From positions 1-14,940 of the forward strand of contig JBBIMI010000022.1 in assembly GCA_037444485.1 (NCBI GenBank): DNA of 14,940 nucleotides, given 5' to 3'. The stretch is from Candidatus Micrarchaeota archaeon. Lineage in GTDB: Archaea; Micrarchaeota; Micrarchaeia; Norongarragalinales; Norongarragalinaceae. Position 1 is the stretch's first letter, and every line of letters begins with the position of its first letter. Below the pieces are notes generated by a model. The model saw nothing but the letters and a program-made list of their open reading frames with translations. It made no database searches and was not told where the DNA came from. This document shows positions 8,158 through 14,940 of this stretch, one piece after another. The position numbers and the translations under genes are program-made.

Positions 8158-8604
8158 TTAATTGCCTTTAGGCGCTGGCGCGCTTGCAATCCGTTGTTCA
8201 ACGCTAACGTCTTCAATCGGCAACAAGATTGGACGCATTTCAAACTCTTGCCAGTTCGAGTACGCTGCGCCTGAACGCCACCAGTAGTACACTGCTGCCA
8301 TCGTCGCGAGCATTCCGCCGTAAACGAACGCAACGCCTCCAACGCCAGTCGCTACTTGAACAACGCAGTAAACCGCTACAGCAGCGCTGACGAACGCCTT
8401 CGCCACCGCCTCGTAAGTCTTTTTCAAAACGTATTGATACTCGCCAATTATTTCCGCCTTCGTCTTCACGATCTCGTAATTGTGTTTGCGTAAGTGCTCT
8501 GGAGACGACTTGTCGCCAACGGGAATGGGACTTCCTAAGCGTGAAAAGCCGGGCGCGAAAGTGCGCAGAAAACCGTCAGGCGAGCCAGGCGTATAAACCC
8601 TCAT
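8158..8604 (-). CDS. Hypothetical two-TM membrane protein, 148 aa; paralogue of 8662-9087
   Basis: ATG preceded by duplicated GGTGA SD; hydrophobic hairpin AFVSAAVAVYCVVQVATGVGGVAFVYGGMLATMAAVYYWW; shares motifs with the neighbouring ORF. Confidence 0.8.
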   Translation of the reverse strand: MRVYTPGSPDGFLRTFAPGFSRLGSPIPVGDKSSPEHLRKHNYEIVKTKAEIIGEYQYVLKKTYEAVAKAFVSAAVAVYCVVQVATGVGGVAFVYGGMLATMAAVYYWWRSGAAYSNWQEFEMRPILLPIEDVSVEQRIASAPAPKGN

Positions 8605-8661
8605 TTTTTTTCACCTTTTTTCACCTTTTCTTTTTTTCGTTTCATTTTTTCAGTGTTTGTT

Positions 8662-9087
8662 TTACATCATTCCTTGCCCTTCATTCAACACGTAAGCGTT
8701 GTGCGTGAGCATGCGCACCGGGTCGTGCTCGTAATCACTCCAGTCGCCGGCATACCCACCCCAAGCAGCAGTCCAATAACGCATGACGAGCCCTGAAAGC
8801 AGGATTGCTGCAAGCGCGTAAGTCGGGTCGAAACTCTGCATGAACAAGCTTAAAAAGTAGAGTACCGCGACGCCGAAAACAGCTGAAATGCTGGCGTTCA
8901 AAATCGTTTTCTTCATAGTTTTATTATACTTGTCGACTAGTTCAGCGCGCGTGCCGATGCGCCACAAGTTATCCATGTTGAGGCGGCTCATGCCTGCAGC
9001 GTTGTTTTTACGCTTGAATTCAGGAGCTGGCGGCATCCACTTCCATACGCCGAAACCCGTTTTTCTCAACGCTTCCTCAAACCACAT
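8662..9087 (-). CDS. Hypothetical two-TM membrane protein, 141 aa; paralogue of 8158-8604
   Basis: ATG at 9087 follows GAGTGGTG-TAAAA (the track start 9126 lies just beyond the duplicated SD); hydrophobic hairpin ILNASISAVFGVAVLYFLSLF...YALAAILLSGLVMRYW. Confidence 0.8.
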   Translation of the reverse strand: MWFEEALRKTGFGVWKWMPPAPEFKRKNNAAGMSRLNMDNLWRIGTRAELVDKYNKTMKKTILNASISAVFGVAVLYFLSLFMQSFDPTYALAAILLSGLVMRYWTAAWGGYAGDWSDYEHDPVRMLTHNAYVLNEGQGMM

Positions 9088-9121
9088 TTTTACACCACTC
9101 GAAATTTTACACCACTCGAAA
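9088..9121. repeat. Perfect 17-bp tandem duplication containing the SD of the first operon gene
   Basis: TTTTACACCACTCGAAA at 9088-9104 and 9105-9121. Confidence 0.9.
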
Positions 9122-9355
9122 TTCACGCTGCTCTAAAAAACCCAGAATCCTGGAGCTTCACCGAAGCCCCAACCACTACTCAACCTCAATCTCCAACGCT
9201 ACTAAAACCAAAAATCAACCAAAAATCAAAAACTTAACTCGACCCCCCAAAAAACTTAACCAACCAAAATGCTGCCAATATCACCACAAACTCGTTTTAA
9301 CTTTCGTTTTAACTCCTTTGTAGTAACATTTATCAGAAAAGGGCGATATATTAGT

Positions 9356-9379
9356 TTGTTATAATACTTATTATAACAA
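9356..9379. promoter_or_regulatory. Palindromic operator 1 (candidate TrmB-family binding site)
   Basis: TTGTTATAATA-CT-TATTATAACAA, perfect 11-bp arms, in the AT-rich divergent intergenic region. Confidence 0.7.
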
Positions 9380-9405
9380 GGATATTGAAAGTAAATGGGA
9401 TTAAA

Positions 9406-9415
9406 TTTATTAATA
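9406..9415 (+). promoter_or_regulatory. Candidate TATA box between the two operators
   Basis: TTTATTAATA immediately abutting operator 2; its direction cannot be established from sequence alone. Confidence 0.35.
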
Positions 9416-9437
9416 TGTTATAACCTTCGTTATAACA
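9416..9437. promoter_or_regulatory. Palindromic operator 2 (candidate TrmB-family binding site)
   Basis: TGTTATAAC-CTTC-GTTATAACA, perfect 9-bp arms; same 22-bp geometry as operator 1 (9357-9378). Confidence 0.7.
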
Positions 9438-9463
9438 GAATTATTCACTAACTACTGTCTTGT

Positions 9464-9576
9464 TTGTTGGGTTTTGTTTGTTTTTTTGTTTGTGGGTTGC
9501 GTTGTTGGGTTTTGTTTGTTTTTTTTTGTTTGGGGTTGCGTTGTTGGGTTTTGTTTGTTTTTTTTTTGTTTGTGCG
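9464..9576. repeat. Three ~38-bp G/T-rich tandem repeats upstream of trmB
   Basis: TTGTTGGGTTTTGTTTG-T(7/9/10)-GTTTG... units start at 9464, 9502 and 9541. Confidence 0.85.
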
Positions 9577-9588
9577 GGGTGAGTGTTG

Positions 9589-10410
9589 ATGGCCGTAAAA
9601 AAATTAAGGGAAGAGGCAGGGAGGGAGGGAAAGCTCGAGTTTGTTCAGCCTTTCAGCGCGCTCGAGGTTTTGCGGGAATTGGGTTTGACGGACAATGAAG
9701 CGAAAACGTTTCAAGCAATGTGCGCGCTTGGGCCGGCGAGCGCCAGCGAAATCGCGGAGAAAGCGGGAGTGCACCGCGCGCTTGCTTACAACACGCTCGC
9801 GCGGCTGGTAGAGAAGGGCTTCGTCAGTCAAATCGTTCAAGACAAGAAAAAATTGTTTCACGCAGTGACGCCGGAGCACTTGTGGTCGTTGTACGAAGAG
9901 CGGGAAAAGCGGTTGAGCGCCGGACTTGAAGAGCTCACGAAAAGACTCGAGGACGTTTACCGCGTAAGCGAAAAACCGACTGCAGAGATTTTCACTGGCT
10001 TGGATGGAGTAAAAGCAATTCTTTCTGAAGAATTAGTGAGCGTCAAGCCAGGCGGCGAGATTCTTTATTACCGCACTCAACCCGACATCGCGTTAGCGTT
10101 GCCAGTATTCGTTTCCTGGTACCACAAGCAACGCGCGAAAAAAGGAATTCGCGCGAAAGCGATTTTCGACAGTTCGCCTGCAGCGTTAAAACGCGCGCGA
10201 GAATTCCAAAAGCTTTCCTTGACTGAAGTCAGGGTTTTAGTAGAAGAATTGCCTTCACCGATTTCTTACCACGTTTGCGGCGACGCGTTAGCGATTCTTT
10301 CCTTCGCTGGAAAAAACAGCCTTGGAATCTTTATTAAAAGCAAGGAAATTTCGTCTTTCTTCCGCCACAACTTCAACTTTGCTTGGAGCAAGCTCAAGCC
10401 TTATCAATAA
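9589..10410 (+). CDS. TrmB-family transcriptional regulator (N-terminal wHTH plus C-terminal effector-type domain)
   Basis: LRELGLTDNEAKTF..M..LGPASASEIAEKAGVHRALAYNTLARLVEKGFVS......KKLFHAVTPE is a typical TrmB HTH; it is followed by EIFTGLDGVKAIL and R.KKGIRAKAI. SD GGGGTGA lies upstream of ATG 9589 (track start 9583). Confidence 0.9.
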   Translation: MAVKKLREEAGREGKLEFVQPFSALEVLRELGLTDNEAKTFQAMCALGPASASEIAEKAGVHRALAYNTLARLVEKGFVSQIVQDKKKLFHAVTPEHLWSLYEEREKRLSAGLEELTKRLEDVYRVSEKPTAEIFTGLDGVKAILSEELVSVKPGGEILYYRTQPDIALALPVFVSWYHKQRAKKGIRAKAIFDSSPAALKRAREFQKLSLTEVRVLVEELPSPISYHVCGDALAILSFAGKNSLGIFIKSKEISSFFRHNFNFAWSKLKPYQ

Positions 10411-10426
10411 ATTTTATCAATAAATT
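10401..10426. repeat. 13-bp tandem duplication spanning the trmB stop codon
   Basis: TTATCAATAAATT x2. Confidence 0.8.
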
Positions 10427-10466
10427 CAATAACCGCTTTTTTTAAAGGCGTTTGACAAAATAATGT

Positions 10467-11768
10467 TTGGTGAGCGGGTTGGCTGGACGGCCGATTGCGT
10501 CAAAATACACAAAATACAAGTTGTTGAGAAAATACGGTTTGAACCGAATCAAGGCCGTGCTCTTAGCCACGCGAAGAGACTTCAAACCCGAATTGTACTT
10601 CAACCCCGATTTGTTAAAAATCGTAAAAAACCTGGAAGAAGTCGAAAAACACAAGAAAAAACCAGAATACGAGAAAGAACTCGAAAAACACAAGAAAAAA
10701 CTTGAAGAGTACGAAAACACGCTTGCGGAAAAGACAGACAATGATTTAAAAAAATTTCTCGCGGCCGGCCATTCCCACCACGATTTCTTCTTCAAGACGA
10801 AGCCGACAATTGAAGAATTTTTTAACTTGCTCGTCCTGGGCGAGGGACTCCCGCCTGGTGAAGCGGTATACGAATCGCTGGTATGCCAAAACGCGTCGAA
10901 ATACTTGAAGAAATACGGGCTTCAAGGCGTCACCCGGTTTTCGCTTGGAAACTGGGCTTCATGGAAAGCGAAACGCATTGCGGAAATCCTCTTCAACCGC
11001 GATTTGAATCGCGAGAATAATAATGAAGAAAAAAAACGAATGGTAATCGATGACCTTAAGAATGCTTTCGACAACGCCGTCTCGAAAGGTGAAGCGCCGC
11101 AAATCGAGCTTAAAATATTTTGGGGCGGACACAAGGAAAAAGAACCCGGAACCGCGGACGAGGAAGACGAAAGATTGCTTGACCGACTAAAGGGAGTCGC
11201 AGATTCGCTGCAAAAAATGGGCGTCGACGCCAGGGTAAAACTAATTTTTTCTGACCTGCATTCTGAGAAAATCAACGACGTCGAACGCGAGAGAATCAAC
11301 AAGTATTTTGACAGCCTTAAACCACTCGCGGAAAAACGCGGGTTCGGCGTGGAATTATTGAGCAACTTGTGGAACGAACACAACCCGTTCAAAAAATGGT
11401 TTAAAGAACCAGCGCCTGGAGAAAAACCAGCGCTTGGAGAAAAACCACTAGAGAGTATGGATGCTCTAGGCTTCACCGCCAAAACGCTCAACATCCTAGA
11501 AAAAATGGGGATTATTGAAAAAAGCGTTATAGCAGCGGCGAGGCACTCGCAGGAAGTCGCGAAGGGAAAAGAAAGCGCTTTCGAATCAAGTGAAAAGTAT
11601 CACGCGCTCATGCTTGTGGAAAAATTCATGTTCGAGCGGCTCAGGGAACAGGGAACTTTCTTTATCTCTCTATCCAACCCGCGCTCGAGCGCGCTGTACA
11701 AGCCGCAGTACACGCTTTATTTTTGGTCTAAAAAACGCGGAACTGGAAAATCGCCGTGGTTTAAATGA
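10467..11768 (+). CDS. Hypothetical protein; C-terminal ~270 aa resembles the PvcA/Dit1/IsnA isonitrile synthase fold
   Basis: Long ORF. Motif order ELKIFWGGHKE..ADEEDERLLDRL..ARVKLIFSDLH..V.RERINKY..L..FISLSNP..SPWF parallels my recollection of PvcA (F.LPAFP.KS..PD.AE..L..L..A.I...SDG..I.AY..L..RLSIHP..TPWH). Possible start TTG 10479 after GGTGA; TTTAAA TATA-like box at 10441-10446. Confidence 0.55.
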   Translation: MVSGLAGRPIASKYTKYKLLRKYGLNRIKAVLLATRRDFKPELYFNPDLLKIVKNLEEVEKHKKKPEYEKELEKHKKKLEEYENTLAEKTDNDLKKFLAAGHSHHDFFFKTKPTIEEFFNLLVLGEGLPPGEAVYESLVCQNASKYLKKYGLQGVTRFSLGNWASWKAKRIAEILFNRDLNRENNNEEKKRMVIDDLKNAFDNAVSKGEAPQIELKIFWGGHKEKEPGTADEEDERLLDRLKGVADSLQKMGVDARVKLIFSDLHSEKINDVERERINKYFDSLKPLAEKRGFGVELLSNLWNEHNPFKKWFKEPAPGEKPALGEKPLESMDALGFTAKTLNILEKMGIIEKSVIAAARHSQEVAKGKESAFESSEKYHALMLVEKFMFERLREQGTFFISLSNPRSSALYKPQYTLYFWSKKRGTGKSPWFK

Positions 11769-12703
11769 AAACACCTATCTGGAGCAAAGCATGGAGTAAA
11801 CTAAAGTTGAAACTAGAGGAACGCCGGTTAAAGAAAGCAGAGGAAGTCAAGCAAAGCAAGCTGGAGCAGTTGGAGCGCTTGAAGGAAAGCGTGACTGGCT
11901 CGAAAGTGCTCGGCCCGCCAGACAAACGGTTTTTGTACGCGAAAATAACTGGCGTCGCGCTCGCGTTGCTTCTCGCCGCCGGGATTACGCGGGAAGTAGT
12001 GATGCGGTACAACCGCTTGATGGTGGAACGATACGAAGCAGAGCGAGCGAAAGTGTTGTCTATCTTCGAGGAGCAGATGAGAACACGCATGGCTGCCTTG
12101 CGCAAGGCTGGAGTTAAAGACGCGGAATTTTGGGCGGAAATGATGGCTAGAAGCCAGTACTGGAACGAAAAGTTTCCTTCCCTCCCCAAATTTTCTTTAG
12201 AGGATTACGTTGAACTCGAAAAATGGTTTGGAAACGACAAGTATGCGGTAAGGACGTTGCTGCCGGTATTCAAGCACGCGAAAACTTTTTTGAATAATCC
12301 GACTAGAGAAGACCTCGAGCGAGAACGAGAATTGCTTAAACAAAAATTTGAAGAATTCCGCGAGAACGAGGTCGCTGAAAAACCTTTTGACTATATTTTA
12401 ATTGACAGATCTTTATTGAAAGCGGAAAAAGCGCTTAAATACTTGATTGAAAACAACGACAACCCGAAAGTCAGGAAACTACTCGAAAAATTGGCGGAGT
12501 ATTCAAGATTCAATCAATCTCCGTTTGATGTCGATTACACTAGCGACGCCAACCCAAACTTGTTTAAAAAAATTTATTTAGGCGAAAAACCAGTAAAACT
12601 AGAATTCAAGGTCGACCAACAACTCGTCGACAACCTGAAAATAGAATTAAAGAGTTTGAAAGAAAAACACGAACAACTTAAAAACAAGCAAGAAAAACAA
12701 TAA
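11765..12703 (+). CDS. Hypothetical membrane-anchored, coiled-coil-rich protein, 312 aa
   Basis: ATGA overlap with the upstream stop; a single hydrophobic segment ITGVALALLLAAGIT; E/K/L-rich helical remainder; no recognisable family motif. Confidence 0.75.
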   Translation: MKTPIWSKAWSKLKLKLEERRLKKAEEVKQSKLEQLERLKESVTGSKVLGPPDKRFLYAKITGVALALLLAAGITREVVMRYNRLMVERYEAERAKVLSIFEEQMRTRMAALRKAGVKDAEFWAEMMARSQYWNEKFPSLPKFSLEDYVELEKWFGNDKYAVRTLLPVFKHAKTFLNNPTREDLERERELLKQKFEEFRENEVAEKPFDYILIDRSLLKAEKALKYLIENNDNPKVRKLLEKLAEYSRFNQSPFDVDYTSDANPNLFKKIYLGEKPVKLEFKVDQQLVDNLKIELKSLKEKHEQLKNKQEKQ

Positions 12704-12763
12704 GCAAGAAAAACAACAAAAACAAAAAAAACAATAAGCAAGAAAAACAACAAAAACAAAAAA
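12693..12763. repeat. 34-bp A-rich tandem duplication spanning the stop codon of 11765-12703
   Basis: CAATAAGCAAGAAAAACAACAAAAACAAAAAA twice (TAA at 12701 and 12735). Confidence 0.8.
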
Positions 12764-12879
12764 CCGTTGATTAAAATCATCGAAGTCGTTCAAGCCTCCG
12801 ATTTGCTGTAATTTATTGTGATTTGTCTGAAACGCTTGAGTTCGCCTAAACCGCCGAGAGGCTGGCGAGCATTGCAACG

Positions 12880-12954
12880 ACTACCGAATTAATAGCGAAT
12901 TACTACCGAATTAATAGCAAATTAATTAGTAACTATAATTAGTGATAATTAGTG
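12880..12954. repeat. 22-bp x2 and 10-bp x2 tandem duplications downstream of rpsJ
   Basis: ACTACCGAATTAATAGC(G/A)AATT at 12880 and 12902; ATAATTAGTG at 12935 and 12945. Confidence 0.8.
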
Positions 12955-12968
12955 GTTAGCTGCGGTTT

Positions 12969-13274
12969 TCAGCCGAGCATCATTTCGACGTTGACTTGTT
13001 GGGGAATGCGGATGCGCATGATTTCCCTGAGGACTCTGTCGTCAGCTTGCACTTCAATCAAGCGCTTGTGAATGCGTAACTCCCATTTCTCGTAAGTGTC
13101 GCTTCCGTCTCCGCACGGCGTTTTACGCGTCGAAATCTTTAGTTTCTTGGTGGGTAAGGGAATTGGTCCCCGCATTTGAATTCCTGTTTTTTTGGCGACT
13201 TCCTTGATTTGGTTGCATACCTCGTCCAACGCCACACAGTCTTGGCTTTGAAGTTTGATGCGGGCCTTCTGCAT
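12969..13274 (-). CDS. rpsJ: 30S ribosomal protein uS10 (archaeal type)
   Basis: KARIKL.S...LDEVC.QIKE.AKKTG..MRGPIPLPTKKLKI.TRKTPCG.GS.T.EKWELRIHKRLI; lies downstream of EF-1alpha as in the archaeal str cluster. Confidence 0.98.
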   Translation of the reverse strand: MQKARIKLQSQDCVALDEVCNQIKEVAKKTGIQMRGPIPLPTKKLKISTRKTPCGDGSDTYEKWELRIHKRLIEVQADDRVLREIMRIRIPQQVNVEMMLG

Positions 13275-13488
13275 TTGAAAACCAACTTTTTTGAATCAAA
13301 AAAACTTTTAAACTCAAGGGAGTTTTCGTGTTCGCTTCCGAATTCCCTTCAACGCGCGCTTCGAAAGCGAAAAAAACTTTTTCTTTTTTTCACGAGGAAA
13401 AGAAAAGTTTTTTTTAAAAGAAAACTTTTTTAGTGAGTCTTTAGTGAACCGTTAGGAAATCGAGCCAGTTTCACGTTTTTGAGTCAGT

Positions 13489-14760
13489 TCACGCTTTTTT
13501 TGGCGTGAAGTCGAGAACGACGCCGGCCGCGACAGTTTGCCCCATGTCACGCATTGCAAACCTGCCTAACGCTGGAAACTCGCTGTATTTTTCTGTAACC
13601 AACGGTTGTGTCGGCTTGCACTTGATTATCGCCACGTCGCCGGTTTTTATGAAGTCCGGGTTTTTCTGCAGCGTTTGGCCGGTTTTGGGGTCCTTCTTTT
13701 CAAGAATTTCTACGACTTGACAAGTTACTTGCGCTGTGTGAATGTGGAACACTGGAGTATAGTTTTTGCCGATTGCAGTCGGGTGGTTCAACACTACTAC
13801 TTGGGCAGTAAAATCTTCGACTACGGTCGGTGGGTTGCTTGGCAAGCCGACGACGCTGCCGCGTTTGATTGCTTTCTTTTCAACGCCTTTAAGCACGAAG
13901 CCTACGTTGTCGCCAGGGATTGCTTGCGTTAACGGCTGGTGATGCATTTCAATGCTTTTGACTTCTCCAGTCACGCCTTCAGGCATTACGACGACTGTAG
14001 TGTTCGGCTTGAGAACGCCGCTTTCCACGCGGCCGACAGGCACTGTGCCTTGGCCAGTTATAGTGAAAACTTCTTGAATCGGTAGCCGCAAGGGCTTGTC
14101 CATCGGCTTTTTAGGTTCCACGAATTGGTCAAGCGCTTCAAGGAAGGTTGGGCCAGCATACCACGCGGTTTTTTCGCTTTTCTTGACGACGTTGTCGCCG
14201 TAGTAAGCGCTTACTGGAATGAATGGAATCTTATCCACCGGGTAACCCATGGGCTTGAGTTTTGCGATGAGCGCTTGCTTGGTTTCCTCGTACTTGACGC
14301 GCTCGTAATTGACGGCATCCATCTTGTTGATTGCGATAATGAATTGCGTTACTCCAAGGACTTTCAAGAGGAAAGCGTGTTCTATGGTTTGCGCTTGCAC
14401 GCCTTCCTTCGCGCTGCATACTAGCACTGCAGCGTCAGCTTGACTTGCGCCGGTAATCATGTTTTTGACGAAGTCCTTGTGTCCAGGCGCGTCGATTATC
14501 GTGAAGTAGTATTTCTGCGTGTGGAAATCGCGGTGCGCGATGTCAATCGTAACGCCGCGCTCGCGTTCCTCCTTTAATTGGTCCATCGCGAAAGCGAATT
14601 CGAAAGTAGGCTTGCCGACTTTCATGGCTTCCTCCTTGAGTTTGCGTAACTCGTTCTCTGAAAGCGCGCCAGTATCGTAAAGCACTCTGCCTACGAGTGT
14701 TGACTTTCCGTGGTCAACGTGGCCAGTGAAAATCAAGTTCAAGTGCGGTTTTTCAGCCAT
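13489..14760 (-). CDS. tuf: Translation elongation factor EF-1alpha (aEF1A)
   Basis: GHVDHGKST, ERERGVTID, DAPGHKDFVKNMITGASQADAA, NKMD, PLRLPIQ, VKSIEMHH, LGRFAMRDMGQTVAAG; 423 aa; SD GAGGTG upstream. Confidence 0.99.
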   Translation of the reverse strand: MAEKPHLNLIFTGHVDHGKSTLVGRVLYDTGALSENELRKLKEEAMKVGKPTFEFAFAMDQLKEERERGVTIDIAHRDFHTQKYYFTIIDAPGHKDFVKNMITGASQADAAVLVCSAKEGVQAQTIEHAFLLKVLGVTQFIIAINKMDAVNYERVKYEETKQALIAKLKPMGYPVDKIPFIPVSAYYGDNVVKKSEKTAWYAGPTFLEALDQFVEPKKPMDKPLRLPIQEVFTITGQGTVPVGRVESGVLKPNTTVVVMPEGVTGEVKSIEMHHQPLTQAIPGDNVGFVLKGVEKKAIKRGSVVGLPSNPPTVVEDFTAQVVVLNHPTAIGKNYTPVFHIHTAQVTCQVVEILEKKDPKTGQTLQKNPDFIKTGDVAIIKCKPTQPLVTEKYSEFPALGRFAMRDMGQTVAAGVVLDFTPKKA

Positions 14761-14839
14761 TCTTCAAAACACCTCTCCCAAACTTCCAAACTTTTTACTT
14801 TTTCTATTTTCTTTTTACTTTTCTTTCTTTCTTTTTTTT

Positions 14840-14940
14840 ATTTTCTATTTTCTTTTTTTTTATTTTTCTTTTTTTTATTTTCTATTTTCTTTTTTTTTAT
14901 TTTTCTTTTTTTTATTTTCTATTTCTTTTTTTTTATTTTT
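14840..14940. repeat. 37-bp T-rich tandem repeat (about 2.7 copies, runs to window end)
   Basis: Units beginning ATTTTCTATTT at 14840, 14877 and 14914. Confidence 0.8.

Noticed and set aside
9464..9698. CRISPR array, or the 74-aa F/C/V/G-rich ORF, in the G/T repeats
   Set aside because: Units are directly adjacent with no unique spacers and there are no cas genes; the ORF is just the translation of low-complexity repeats (likewise 1474-1763 and 12574-12780).
12765..12968. tRNA or other ncRNA downstream of rpsJ
   Set aside because: No cloverleaf or T-arm GTTCRA stem-loop context found by eye on either strand.
13284..13431. Inverted repeats TTTTTTGA-A-TCAAAAAA and AAAAGTTTT...AAAACTTTT upstream of rpsJ
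   Set aside because: Composed of A/T homopolymers, which is expected by chance in this low-complexity intergenic DNA.
1..14940. Mobile element, provirus or Borg-like element
   Set aside because: No integrase, transposase, terminal repeats or viral hallmark genes; core translation genes indicate a chromosome.

Overview
Archaeal chromosomal window; the EF-1alpha (tuf) and ribosomal protein uS10 genes at the right end are archaeal type, and a DPANN-like host is my inference. The main feature is a minus-strand cluster of about 8.5 kb (642-9087) divergent from a TrmB-family regulator. It opens with two paralogous two-TM membrane proteins and a 70-aa membrane protein. Four tandem ~480-560 aa paralogues follow, each with a divergent helical N-terminal domain and a C-terminal phospho-His swivel (PEP-utilizer mobile) domain. 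One stand-alone PPDK_N ATP-grasp protein closes the cluster. No protein carries the PEP/pyruvate-binding TIM barrel, so this is not PEP synthase. It looks like a split, modular dikinase: one ATP subunit serving four acceptor-specific subunits, analogous to rifampin phosphotransferase and phenylphosphate synthase. The His-domain DNA of the paralogues shares identical tracts, suggesting gene conversion. Two TGTTATAAY-N4-RTTATAACA palindromes lie in the divergent control region. Also present: a partial APC amino-acid permease missed by the ORF track (1-561), a distant PvcA/Dit1 isonitrile-synthase-like ORF coupled to a membrane-anchored coiled-coil ORF, and more than a dozen short tandem duplications.
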